A stretch of 64,000 nucleotides of DNA from Mytilus californianus (lineage: Eukaryota), in NCBI RefSeq assembly GCF_021869535.1, contig NW_026262690.1, positions 116,932,001 through 116,996,000 on the forward strand, written 5' to 3'. Numbering within the stretch: the stretch's first letter is position 1; every line of letters starts with the position of its first letter. The notes beneath the pieces were generated by a model. That model was given only the letters and a program-made list of their open reading frames with translations, searched no databases and was not told the origin of the DNA. A program made the translations under genes and the position numbers. Shown here piece after piece: positions 9,559-22,659 of the stretch.

Positions 9559-12366
9559 AATAAAATGCTTCGCTGGGGCGCAGCTTGATACGACCGCAGA
9601 GGTCGAACCCTGAACAGTTGGGGCAAGTATGGACACAACATTCAAGCTTGATACAGCTCTGAATTTGGATTGTTATTAAATATTTGACACAGCATAGGTT
9701 TCTGACACAGAAAGAATGTGGTCTAAGAACTTGAATTTTTTTAATTTACCTATTATGGTCCAATGTCCAAAATCAAAATACATGGTTAGATTCAGCATAT
9801 CAAAGAACCCCATATATTCAATTTTTGTTAAAATCAAACAAAGTTTAATTTTGGACCCCAACTTGGACAAACTTGAAAACTGGGCCAATAATCAAAAATC
9901 TAAACACATGTTTAGATTCAGCATATCAAAGAACCCCAAGAATTCAATTTTTGCTAAAATCAAACTAAGTTTAATTTTGGACCCTTTGGACCTTAATGTA
10001 GAACAATTTAAAAAACGGGACTTAAAATTAAAAATCTAAATACACGGTTAGATTTGGAATATCAAAGAACCCCAATAATTCAATTTTTGATGAAATCAAA
10101 CAAAGTTTAATTTTGGACCCTTTTGACCTCAATATGAACCAATTTGATAGCGGGGCCCACAAATAAAAATTCTAAATTCATGGTTAGATTCAGCATATCA
10201 AAGAACCCCATATATTCAATTTTTGTTGAAATCAAAAAAAGTTTAATTTTGGACCCCAACTTGGACCAACTTGAAAACTGGGCCCATAATCAAAAATCAA
10301 GACACATGTTTAGATTCAGCATATCAAAGAACCCCAAGAATTCAATTTTTGTTAAAATCAAACTAAGTTTAATTTTGGACCCTTTGGACCTCAATGAAGA
10401 CCAATTTAAAAAACGGGACCCAAATTAAAAATCTAAAAACACGGTTAGATTTGGCATATCAAAGAACCCCAATAATTCAATTTTCGATGAAATCAAACAA
10501 ATTTTAATTTTGGACCCTTTTGACCTCAATATGAACCAATTTGATAGCGGGGCCTACAAATAAAAAATCTAAATACATGGTTAGATTCAGCATATCAAAG
10601 AACCTCATATATTCAATTTTTGTTGAAATCAAACAAAGTTTAATTTTGGACCCCAATTTGGACCAACTTGAAAACTGGGCCCATAATCAAAAATCTAAAT
10701 ACATGTTAAGATTCAGCATATCAAAGAACCCCATACATTCAATTTTTGTTGAAATCAAACAAAGTTTAAATACTGGACCCTATCTTGGACCAACTTGAAA
10801 ACTGGGCCCATAATCAAAAATCTAAACACATGTTTAGATTCAGCAAATCAAAGAACCCCAAGAATTCAATTTTTGTTAAAATCAAACTAAGTTTAATTTT
10901 GGACCCTTTGGACCTCAATGTAGACCAATTTAAAAAACAGGACCCAAAATTAAAAACCTAAATACACGGTTAGATTTGGAATATCAAAGAACCCCAATAA
11001 TTCAATTTTAGATGAAATCAAACAAAGTTTAATTTTGGACCCTTTTGACCTCAATATGAACCAATTAGATAACGGGGTCCACAAATAAAAAATCTAAATA
11101 CATGGTTAGATCAGCATATCAAAGAACCCCATATATTCAATTTTTGTTGAAATCAAACAAAGTTTAATTTTGGACCCCAATTTGGACCAACTTGAAAACT
11201 GGGCCAAAAATCAAAAATCTAAATACATGTTTAGATTCAGCATATCAAAGAACCTCATATATTCAATTTTTGCTAAAATCAAACAAAGTTTAATTTTGGA
11301 CCCTTTGGACATTAATGTAGACCAATTTGAAAACTGGACCCAAAATTAAAAATCTAAATACACTGTTAGATTCGGCATAACAAATAAATAAATGTGATCA
11401 AAGATTTTACAAATCTAATGCGCCATACTGTGCAATTAAAGATTACTTCTTGAAATTTTTCAATATTTGAAATTTGAAAAAAAAATAATATTTGAAGAAT
11501 AATTCTTTTTAATTTCTGAAATCTGAAATGAGAAAAAATTGGCCCCCCACAATTTCTTTTTATCCCCCCCCCCCCTTTTTCCCCCAAAAAAATTCTTTCC
11601 CTCAAGATATGGTCATAATCTCAATTCAAATTTCCAATGGAGTTGGCAACCATAATTACCCATTTAAATTTACCATAGTGCTAACTTCATCTATTTTATA
11701 ATAGAATTAATAAAAATATAGTGTCAAATCTTTCATATGGATTTTTTTGTAAAAAAAAAAGATGAAAACATTTGCAGATATTTTTACTGGTCTTCCTTTA
11801 TAAATATGCATTTCTTTAAACATAATTTAAAAGCAGTGTAAGGGAAGTAACCAAAACGTTGTATTTGGATTACCTCCCTTACACTGTTTTAGATTATCTT
11901 TATTGTTCATTAACCATTACTTTATACATAATTTAAAAGCAGTGTAAGGGAGATAATTTCAATGATGTATTTGATTTATCTCCCTTACACTGCTTTAAAT
12001 TATGTTTTGTACTAAAGTATTTGTCCATTAACCAGGACAACCTTGTTTTTCCCCCTTTTTTGCCCCTAATTCCTAAACGGTTTGAACCATAACCCCCCAA
12101 AGCAAATCCTAACCATCCCTTTGTGGTATGGAAACTTGTAGTATAATTTCAGAGAGATCCATACACCGTTCCACAGTTATTGTTTGGAAACTAGAAAATG
12201 CTCATTTTTGGCCCCTAATTCCTTAACTGTTGGTACCATAACCCCCAAAATCAATCCCAACCTTCCTTTTGTGGTATTTAACCTTATGGTCAAATTTCAA
12301 AAAGATCCATTCACTTAAACTAAAGTTAGAGTGCGAAAACCAATATGTATTCGGACGACGACGCCG

Positions 12367-12401
<35 letters not shown>

Positions 12402-12452
12402 CAACGTCATACCAATATACGACCACAAAATTTTTTTGTGGTCGTATAAAAA
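9559..12452 (-). mobile_element. Non-autonomous Helentron-type (HINE-like) element A with two internal tandem arrays and (GAC)n tract
   Basis: Sub-terminal inverted repeats ATACGACCGCA (9588-98) / TGTGGTCGTAT (12437-47); self-inverted repeat 12416-12448; terminal hairpin GCTTCGC-TGGG-GCGCAGC (9567-84); microsatellite 12355-12400; A-rich ends; no TSD. Confidence 0.8.
9740..11380. repeat. Internal tandem array of element A, ~126/136/136-bp monomers forming a ~398-bp higher-order unit
   Basis: TTAGATT anchor at 9786, 9912, 10048, 10184, 10310, 10445, 10581, 10707, 10834, 10970, 11106, 11231, 11366. Confidence 0.9.
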
Positions 12453-12879
12453 TGATATGGCGCAAATTGGTATATGTAACCTACTTTTTTTTTAATCTAG
12501 AGACGACATGATGGTTTATTTATAGATCTAAAAGGAAAGGTAATTTTCAGATATCTTTAAAAATTTCGTAAATCACGTCAAACGTATCGAGGTCGTATTT
12601 TTGATTTTGATATATATTAACTCTGTCAAGTTTGGTGGTTTTATACCAATACCGATACGTACACTGAAGTAGAGATGATGACAAATAACGCTAAATGATG
12701 ACTTAAACTCACAAATTCCATAAAACTATAGAAATTATGTGCTGTATCATCGCACGGAAATTAAAAAGTTAGTCAAAAAGAAATCAACCAATAATAATAC
12801 TCATGAATAATAATAATAATAATTTGTTTTACTGTAGCAAGAGAATATTATAAATACCTTTTAATACTAGTCGTAAATA

Positions 12880-13005
12880 TTTCAAATTACGTCATATCTT
12901 AATATATATATTTCCACTTACGCAGCATTTTTCAATCGCATGCGCAGACCAAGGTTTGTTGAAAAGGTTTATTGGTATACACGTGATACGCAAGTCACGT
13001 GTTCG
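12880..13005. promoter_or_regulatory. Cluster of transcription-factor-like motifs upstream of paralog A
   Basis: TTACGTCA 12887-94, CGCATGCGCA 12937-46, ATTGG 12971-75, CACGTG at 12980 and 12996; minus-strand GTAAGT donor at 12922-12917. Motif matches only. Confidence 0.4.
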
Positions 13006-13269
13006 AGAGAAAAGTTAAGGGTGCAAAAAATCAACTTTTGAAATGACTTAGTATATATTGATTCAAAATGTCAAAAAGGAAGTTATGTATCTCAAAAGAA
13101 AAATCGTACAATATACTTCAAATTAGTTTTTTAATTAAACATATGGTTTACTAATGACAAATGAACAATGCCAAACTATGACACGCGAAATCTACACAAC
13201 CTGATTAAAATATATATTTATACTGTATTTTTTTTTACCTCTGACGACGTCAGTAATTCGCCTAGGAAA

Positions 13270-13975
13270 TGTTATTTTCATTTATATCATTAGGTCGATA
13301 CCACTACTGGTGGACTTCAAGTCTCCGGGGTATCATCAGCTCAGTAGTCAGTGCTTCGGTACTGACATGATTTATAACATACTTTATTAAACTATACATT
13401 TATAAATTTCGCAATTATAAAGCAACAAAGGTTGCAACTACCTCAGGATTAATTGACCTTAGATGGATTTTGGCAATTCTTTTTCGTCCCTTTTAGTCAT
13501 ATAGCTCGTCATGTAATCAAGTACGTATACATCCTTGACTTTCAAATTTTTGGGTAAGAGCGTTCATGATGAAGATAAATCCAGAAAAGCGCTTCGGACG
13601 CACTAAATTTAAAAAAGTGTTTTTGTTTTTCATTTTCTAGCATTGGTTCGATACCGCTGCTGGTGGACTGTTAGTCCCAAAGGCTTATATCAGCTCAGTA
13701 GTCAGTGCTTCGGTATAGACATGATTTATTAAATACATTTCTTAATTTCGCCGTTTATAAATTTATAAATTATCAAGAAACTGAGGTATCAACTCTTTCA
13801 GGATATAACCTTAGATTGATTTGGCTATATTTTTTTTATCCCATTTGGTCATATACAGCACTTCACGTATTCAACTATTTATACATCTTTGGCTTTTAAA
13901 TATTTGGGTTTTAGCGTTCCTGGTGGTTGTAAATCCAGAAAGAGAAACCAAATTTATAAAGTGTATTTTTCAGTG
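13270..13975 (+). mobile_element. Tandem pair of ~354-nt retrozyme-like units (subfamily 1)
   Basis: Two direct repeats; hammerhead cores at 13566 and 13920 are 354 nt apart. Confidence 0.75.
13560..13601 (+). ncRNA. Type I hammerhead, near-intact (C3 to A substitution)
   Basis: Stem I GCGUUC/GGACGC; AUGAUGA; AGAUAAAUCCA; GAAA; palindromic stem III AAGCGCUU (13587-94); UUC triplet. Confidence 0.7.
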
Positions 13976-15322
13976 TCTTATACTATCAATTTGAATCAAA
14001 GTATTTCTCAAAGTATAACTATATTATTTCATGTTTTACAACTCAAATTATATTCAGTAAGAGAGGAAGTTTAAATTAGATTTCATCAAAAAGTTTTCTA
14101 GCATTTTCTTTAATGATAACTTTTCGTTACCTTTTATTTATACCTGAAATGTACACAAGTATTTTGGTTAGTTTGTAAGATGAAGGTTATTCAATGATGT
14201 ATGTACGTATGTAGTTAACGCATTATGTGATCTCTGGTAGATAGATGTCTCATTGGCAACCATACCACATCTCCTTATTTTATATCATATACGTTGACTC
14301 CATAGTATGCCAAGTACTTTTTAAGATATAATTTTGGTAAGAATAATAAGTATTCAAAACTCCTATATGAACTCCAAAATGGAAAGTTTTATAAACTGGT
14401 ATTAATGGTATAATTTGACTTTTGGTTTATATTGACAAATGTGTTGCGTAAAATAATTGCATCCTTCTATTTAGCACTACTCTTTACTCGGGGAAAATGG
14501 AAGTTCGATCTTTTTTTTTGGTAGGGGTTAGTAGCTGTATCAGCTGGTACCAAACCCTCATTATAAATTTTAAGGCTTGACTATGTGTACCTTATATATA
14601 CAACAGTAATAGCAAAAGTAAATAATATTTTATCAAACATGTCATCTCTATGTTGCTACCCATCATATTATATGAAGCAAGGAAAGTTGATTTACTCTTT
14701 CGGCTTATCCCAACCCCTCAATACATTTGAAGTGCCAAATCTAAGGCGATCGGACTTTACTACCAAGAAGTCAGCGGAATAGTGTGAATTACCATATATA
14801 TAGGCTACGGACGTACATTTAATATATGAAGGTAGTCAATTTAAAAAATGCAGTCGAGTTATGCTCAACAACTCATATAATATATACCCCGGCAACGTGC
14901 ACATTTCATACATGTTATATTCAATATACAGTAACATATATTTGAAACATTGATTTTTTAGATGAAGAATTATTAAGGCTAACTTACATTTTTCTGCCGT
15001 TTCTGATGAAATAACCGTCAATGTTTAATGTGTATATGGCACGGGATTACAACGTAGTTTAGTATGTGTGAATGAGCTTTAGAATCATAATGTGAATAAT
15101 GTACAAGTCCATCAAATGGTCATACTTTTTTTTATATATTTGAAAAGTTTCATAGTCATAAGTATGTATATAGATGACGACAGAGAAATATATGTCCCCG
15201 ATCTTTAATGTATATATATCATAGCTCTTAAAAGTATATACTATTGTATTCAGAATTAGAAAATACTTAATTACATTTTTAATGGTATATTAAGAAAATG
15301 GTATTTGGAAATATACACTTAC

Positions 15323-15445
15323 ATTGTTTCTTTTGAACATAAGCTTTAATAGGTCTGGATCGTTTGAAATTGCCTCGCATTGTGTAATACGTAATTAAAA
15401 CGTTCAGTATTTATATTACCGTGTGAGGATTCCCATGGAAAACAC
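15323..15445 (-). pseudogene. Diverged duplicate of the exon-like segment at 203-323, frameshifted relative to it
   Basis: Begins CFPWESSHG, then a 1-nt deletion and an in-frame TAA. Donor GTAAGT is kept; acceptor is AAG. Confidence 0.45.
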
Positions 15446-15692
15446 CTTTTCTATAAATAACTTATAGATTAGATCATTTTATTTAGAACTTGTTTAAGAA
15501 TGTCATATTGGCCAAAACAGATTAAGACATTCTATAAAACAAAATTGAAAATACATTTCCAATTGTAAGCCTCTTATACAGCAAATCCAAATTTCATTTA
15601 GCCGATATCTGCTGAAGATCCATTGATTTATTGATAAACTCCATGCGGACCTACTGAACAAATATTGAATCTCGAAAATCATGACACTGCAC

Positions 15693-15854
15693 CAGTGGCG
15701 GATTCAAAGGGGTTCCAGAAGTCGGGACCCACATTTTTGTTGGGCAACTAATGCTTTTGTATGGGGACATATGGTTGGATCCCCCCTTTTTATATGACTT
15801 GCATGTTTTGTAACCCCCCTTTTCACAAAGTTTAAATGGCTGATTCGGCGCCTG
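15693..15854. mobile_element. MITE with CAGTGGCGGAT-type termini and 5-bp TSD TGCAC
   Basis: TGCAC at 15688-92 and 15855-59; imperfect terminal inverted repeats; related termini at 52870-53019. Confidence 0.65.
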
Positions 15855-16072
15855 TGCACTGAGTTAAATAATTTATAATCAATATTTATTTACATCTTAA
15901 GTTATATCAAATATATAAAATATGGTTGTTATACATACATATTTGTGTTGACCATTTTGAAATAATATAAATGCAGAGCTCTCCATGTTGTATTTAATTA
16001 AATGTAAGTACCTATACAAGTGTTTTTTCATCGTCTTTACTTCTGTTTTCTGTATTTGAACAACACTGCCTA

Positions 16073-16305
16073 TAAGAGGATTACCATTTGATTTTCTGGG
16101 GGTCCGGAGGATTTTGAAAATAAATATCCGGGCCTGGTAACAGCTGAAAATAAATAATGTTTTGCCCACGACAGGATGGAAATGAATATTCTTCAACACA
16201 AAATTAAGGAAATATAATTGAGTGAAAATAAGTTTCCGAAAATGAAAAGTCAGTCCTCCAAAAAACCTCCTGGCCTCTCTCAGAATAGCAATTGGTCGTC
16301 CCCTA
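16073..16305. mobile_element. MITE-like element with imperfect ~26-bp TIRs
   Basis: TAAGAGGATTACCATTTGATTTTCTG versus CAGAATAGCAATTGGTCGTCCCCTAA; a similar end occurs at about 46127. Confidence 0.45.
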
Positions 16306-18039
16306 AAGGTGTACAATTGGCAATGAAAATCGTAAAACAATTCAAACGAGAACTCTAACGGCCTGGTTTATATTCAAAACAATAAACATGATAACGAAAA
16401 AAATACGTCTACTTGTGAACCATCATTGAAACTTTAATTTCTATTAATCTGTTTGTTTGAATGTTTGTTTGTATGTTTGTTTTATAGGAGTAAACAAATA
16501 AGACAAGAAAGGAGCAACATAAAAAATAAACATATGGGGTCTTAATCAAATGTTTTAGAAGACAAAAATCGTAGCATGGACTTTGTGTGCGTAGTTTTGT
16601 TGATTTCATATCCCATTAAATTTCTTAGACTCTGAAACTCTGTAGTGAATGTTATTTGTAACAAAAACCAAAATGGTAAAAGATACACCTCTGTTGATTG
16701 TTTATTTAGTGTATAATTTATGTTTCTCTATATAAAATGACAGCTGACGTTTTTGATGAAATTTCATATCTGACAATTTGGGCTAAGAACTATAAATCAA
16801 TTTCTGGTATTACAGCATAATTTGAAATATGATGTATAGGTATTATCATTTAGTCACTCATCAGTTCAGCTAAGTTTTTATTTTTTGTGTATTGATTTGG
16901 GGACTGTCGTTGGTCTTTTCGTTGTTTTCGTTTTTCGCCATGACTTTATCTGTTTTCTCTTCTACTTTTGATTCTCTTATCGGTATCTCCCACCTCTTTT
17001 TAATCCTCAGGATGACATAATTTTTCTATACTAGAGTATTGAATAAAAAAAATGTCAAACAAATAAGAATAGAAGTACCGGACTTGTTATAGTTTGTTCA
17101 CTGTTATGAAAATTATACAAGATAATATATATTTATACTGACCCAATTATCTGTTTACGCAAACGAATTCGAAATTTATTGATGAAAGCCATCCATTGGT
17201 GAGCATCAACTCAGCAAAAAACAGGTTTTTTTTTATGAATGTTGTACTGTGTTTATTGAATGAGCTTATGTCTCATATGAATAATATTTGACTTTATATT
17301 AAAAAAAAGAAGATGATATATGATTTCCAGTGAGAGAACTATCCACTAGGGTTCAATGGACGAGGATGTGAATAACTTTAGGCTCGAGACTTTAGGTCAC
17401 CGTACGGATATCAACAATAAACAAACCCCGTGCCGTATTGTAAGCTATAAAAAGTCCCAACGTGAAAAAATCTAAATAAATCCAAAGGAGAAAAACCAAC
17501 GGCGTGATTTATACCAAAAGTTAACCTATTTAATAAATAATCTACATTAAACTTTGTACATGTTTAACTTAGATTGATGTTTTTTGTTTCTGTTTCGTTA
17601 AGTTAAAATAGCGTTTATAGAATGAACATTTCATTATTGAAGCGTGACAAAGGTGTAGCCTAAGTTCATTAGCAGACGACAAAAACAGGCTTTAAGTTTA
17701 AAAAAAAATATAAACATGCCAATGTTGAGACCAAAAAATCATAATTACTCGCAGTTCAAAGATATATCAAAATCTAACTAAATTCAAGAGATTAAATTTA
17801 AAACACCCTTACTTTCGATTTTTCCAAAAGACTTTCCAAAAATCTTACAACTCTATACATCATCATGAAAATAGAAATGAAATATTCTACCTGGTTACCA
17901 CTTTCATATGAAGTTTTGGTCAAACCGAGTTTGACCAGAACCGCAAAGACAACCACAAAGGTTACCGAGTGGACTCGAGTATAGAAAAATGGTCATCCCT
18001 GAAATTTTCTAGTTCGGCAGCAAAACTTATGCTATGAGG

Positions 18040-18360
18040 GGCGTGTGTTTGGCTGTGTCTGGGGTGTATAAATACATAGCCACGTCTAAAAAATGGGGAT
18101 ATTGAATCCGATGCCTCGTATAGGTAGCGTGCGCTCTCTGAATGTTAAGGTGCCCTTGGAACAACTATTTGAATGGTATGTAGGAAGAACGGTGCAAGTC
18201 AAAATGTTTGCCCCTATCCAACAATTCCTTCATTTTGAAAGGCAGTCTAAATTCCCACTGTTAATCGGGGACTTCTTTGCAGGCCCACCTATTGGATTTA
18301 ATGATAGTTTAATGAAATAGTTGCGGCTGGAGTTAAGAAGACAACAATAAATCAAATTTA
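18040..18360 (+). mobile_element. Degenerate SINE-like element
   Basis: Head similar to 25259, 26090 and 31590; ends in an A-rich (AATAAATCAA) tail resembling bivalve SINE tails. Confidence 0.45.
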
Positions 18361-18539
18361 TGACTATACTTAACTTAAATATGTTTTGTAAAAGACAGAG
18401 TGCGGTAAGAGATTAATTTGGCAAATATCTTAATGTAAAATTAGCCAAATTATGTGTTCAAATTTTTCAATTTTGTCATTTTGTGTTAGAAAATAAATCT
18501 AAATTATGTTATTGTTCATGAGAATGAAACTTTCCACCT

Positions 18540-18720
18540 GAGGATAGTACACCGAGGACAGGTCCTAATCTAAGACAATACTACACACCAGAGGAAGTAA
18601 ACCGCAACTTTTCTTCTTTTACACACAACACTTCGAGAGATTGGAACCACTTCCCAGAGACAGTAGCATCTGCTAAAAAAACTGCAGGAGTTTAGGGCTA
18701 GATAGGCCATTGTGTCCTGG
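18540..18720 (+). mobile_element. Decayed 3' end of a CR1/L2-type LINE
   Basis: Reads ...THNTSRDWNHFPETVASA, resembling the SFFPRTIRDWNxLP C-terminal motif. Confidence 0.4.
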
Positions 18721-20086
18721 ACTCTAGAAATTTGAAATTCAAATTCAAGATCTCTATTTGTGTCTGTTTTAAAGATGAGGTGATGCATAATCTAAAATAG
18801 GTAGGTTCAAATTCTAAACTTCATGATAAATGTATTTGTGGCGTCATGAAAAAGGTCCTTCTAATCGTTTTTGTTTGAAAAAAAGAAGAGATTTTTGTCA
18901 ATTTTTATTTTACTGTTTTTTCGACCCGCAAATGAAGAGTACATGCAAGTACCAATAAATAATTTACTATGATGTTTGTCTTTATGAATGACAACTCTCA
19001 TGCCGAAATACTTATGTTGACACTTGCATGTGCTCAATATTTCAGACTCGCAAATTTGTGTCAAAATATGCATTATTTAGTTTTGTAGAATATTTGAAAG
19101 TTCGTACGATTTAAAGTTGCATATACATATCAATTATCCTTAGCCTCGAAATCACCTTATTTTGTATTACTTCAATTTTCTGTCCAAATATGCACATCCT
19201 CCTTTTAAACAAATACAATCCTGTTTTTTTACGTCCCAAAAACTTTTGGTCGTATGCTGCATAGGTCTTCTTCCGATCATCAACAATTTCGGTTTGTTTT
19301 TCTTAATCTTTACTTTTCCGCGTGATGTTATATGGGCAGTATAGTTGGTGTGTTCGTTCTTTCCTTCTATTCAATAGTATATTGATTGCATTCTTGGTAG
19401 CTTTTTATTTTGATAAACAGAATAACTTAATTAATCATACAAATTTTGTTCGGAATAGTCTAAGATTATATACACCGTAAAAAAATGTTAAAATTTCGTA
19501 ACTTTAATATATTGATATTGGGATCTCTGGCTGATCGGTTCTGACTAAATTTATAAACAAACTGAGTAATGCATGTGTATTTAACCGATATTTAAACGGT
19601 TTTGGTCCATTGTAAATTTTAAAAGGCAATAAAAAAACCAGACCGTAACCTTTCTTTACAACATACTTTTCAGATATCGATCCTAATTTCTCGTCTAATA
19701 CGATCAATATTAGTTTTCTTGCATAAAAACTAGAATTCTGTCATATCCATATAAGGTGCCCAGGACTTTATATCCATATCCAGTGTTATCTGTTAAATGT
19801 CCAAATATAGCGTTCAAGTCCACCGTGAGCTTTTATATATTATCTCATATACTAATACATGTACCTTTTATTATCCAAATATGGTGTTGTTAGACAAATC
19901 ACCGCATAATTAGATTCCTAAAGAAAAACAACAATCCGTAGCAAGTACATGTCTATATCAACATAGTAATGACTCAAAGGTAAAAGTGTACCATTGCTTA
20001 TATGATTTTCACGCTGTACAAAAATGTTTTGTATATAAGAATGTCCGTTTGCATAAAGCAGAAAAATTATAATGCCAGAGCCATCG

Positions 20087-21415
20087 AGATGGACAAACTA
20101 GCAAATGTTATTTCAACGTTCTAGCAAATATTATTTCAACGTTCTCTCGAAATCTGGCTTTTCTTCAGACATCAATAACATTATCAGATCCCGTGTCTTC
20201 AATTTTCTAAAAACTTTAAGTAAGATGAAAAGTTTCATTATAGCAAAGCAAAATTGTGAATGCGCTATATTCAAAGTTCACGAATTGTTCATAGCGTAAA
20301 CGGTACATATGACACGCGCATGCATTTATAAGGTAAATGGTTTAGGAACGGATCCATGATTATTGAAAAGAGGGAAGCGTAATTGCATAAAACTGAATAT
20401 ATACGTGGCAAAAAATTTTACCTTTTTACACACATATACTTCTTATAAAGCTTGCGCGCGAATTTAATATTTTTCTCATACAATCTTTATCATAAATAAT
20501 TTTCATGCAAATGGTGATGTTTTTAAATGTTTGTTGACTTTGCTCCTAAGAATGAGCCAGGGGAGCTCTTATCAAAATGTATGTTTGTTTGGTAAGTGCG
20601 TAAAAGGGGGGGGGTTAAGTTTATCCTGTTTTTGTTTTCCAACGTATGTGATAACATGTCAAGTAGGTCAAATTTAATAATAATTGGAATCGGTGGTTTA
20701 TGACAAACATATTTTGCCTTGAATTGATATATGTTAAAATTTCAGTCAACCATATTCAAATTAATATTTGTATAAACAGATATTTATTGAACATCACAAA
20801 AAAATCAATAGGCACCCAAAGGTCAACAACCGGCAAGAATCTATACATACAGCATGTTGAAGTCATACTAACACATGCTCTTACTCAACGTAGAGTGTAT
20901 AAATTAATATATAACAATATTTGTTCGGACATGTATCAATGAAGACAATTTACACACTCTCTGTACGTCACAGAAACTGACATGCAACTGATTTATGAAG
21001 AAAAAAAAACAGAATTACAGGCTCCTCACTTGGGACAGGGCACATATAGAATGGGAGGGAGTCAAACATGAGTGTGAGCGAGATCAACCCGCCACCTTAA
21101 AATGGACAGTGGTGTAACATAAAGACAAACGATGTATGCTTAACTGAATCATAAAATATACTATCGACATTCATATTTCAATAACCTTTATTTTTATTAA
21201 TAAATAAAAAAAAAATTGGACGCTAACATTAAATACCCTTTGAATAACAACAAGATTTAATTATCATCCATGATGTACGATAATTATTGATGGTTTGGTA
21301 GTGGATGTATTTATAATTAACTCATACTTAAACAAGAAATATTGGATGACGATTCTTTCTCTTGAGAACCTTTCGCGAATCTTCTGTCACATCTAATTTT
21401 TTCGCAATCTGTAAG
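20087..21415 (-). pseudogene. Third ATF3-like copy, pseudogene; remnants of basic exon (21415-21328) and zipper exon (20206-20087)
   Basis: TCAG|CTTACAGA acceptor identical to paralog A exon 2; GTATGA donor. The second remnant starts TAG|AAAATT (KI) and contains TAA-HLLVCPS matching Q-HLLVCPS of paralog A. Indels, stops and a 23-bp duplication (20098-20120/20121-20143). Confidence 0.72.
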
Positions 21416-22659
21416 CTGAGAGAAAGGCCAATTAAACCCAAAATATTTAAAATAGATACATGAATTCCTTGAATCTAACAGTATTTCAGTTGTTAACTTC
21501 TTTTCCAGTTACTTTTTTAACCCTCCTTAAATCTCTTTTTAAATTTTTACATCCCCCCCCCCCAAACCTCCACCTTTTTGCTTGTTTGAAAATGCTAGGT
21601 ACGAGACGAGATTTAAAAAAAAATATGCATATGTATTGTTAGTGTATTCAGTAGATATACATAATGTTTTCAAATCTCGTATCGTACCTGTATCATATAG
21701 CTGCATTGGAATGATAAATCAGAAGTGCAAATTAAGACATTCAAAATTTCCCTAACATTTTCTGTCAAATGAATGTCATTAAAAAAAATAAATAAAAGGA
21801 GCTTACAGGAACTTGAAAATTAAAAGATGTGTTTTACGTGTTTATATGAAACATAACTAATGGAGGAGGAACACTAAATTTCAAAAAGTTTTCTTTACAG
21901 ATATCAATGAGATATATGAAGATGTTTTGTATACAAATTGAATTTTCCTTTCGAATATTACGAAATGTTTTTGTCAAAATATGTTTTAACATGAATTTGT
22001 TGAAAATTTTAAGTTAATTTTGAAATGACTCACTGATTAATTGCTTACTGTCCAAAATGGTCAAACCAAATCGAATATGTTCAATTACCACATGTTGTGT
22101 AATCGATGTTGTGTAATCGCGGATCAGCAACGAAAACACCTATTGTTATAAATAGCCTGTTTATTTATAAGTAAATGTTTGTATATAAATAGAATAAATC
22201 CCATTGGTCCAATTTAAAGGTATACTATAAAAGATTCTATAAACACTCTATTAGCATGGTTAGTAAATAATTGGTAGTAAAATTGACTCCTTTTTCTGAA
22301 TGCTCGAGAATTATTTAACGATATTATGACGCGGACATTATTTATCTGTTAATGTTTATTCTACTCAACCTACATTATTTTATTTTTTTCGTTATCAGCT
22401 ATGTTTAATATATATTAAAAAAAAAGGGGGGGGGGGGGGGGGGTCATATGTATAATAATAATAATAATCAATAAACTTTGTTTAGAGTCGGCATAGTATT
22501 CAGACAGGGACATATTATAACGGATTGAGCTTAGTAACCGATATCTCAGAAACTGAACTAGTTTTACCAAGATTCAAGATTTCAAGTTTTGATCATGTGC
22601 CTGCCCTAATAAGGAACCTAGCCATTGGTAATAAACTGCTATAAACGCCTCAAAAAGTT

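Noticed and set aside
9716-10798. Repetitive ORFs (MVRFSISKNP...) and similar ORFs at 39596-40781, 47346-48832 and 12223-12511
   Set aside because: They are translations of tandem arrays or microsatellites inside non-autonomous elements.
13241-13268. CTGACGA...GAAA hammerhead-like core
   Set aside because: No stem II, stem III or stem I pairing could be built; probably chance or a fully decayed copy.
21685-21820. Possible first-exon remnant of the bZIP pseudogene (GCTCCTTTA...ACAG|GTACGA)
   Set aside because: Similarity to paralog exon 1 is too weak to support by eye.
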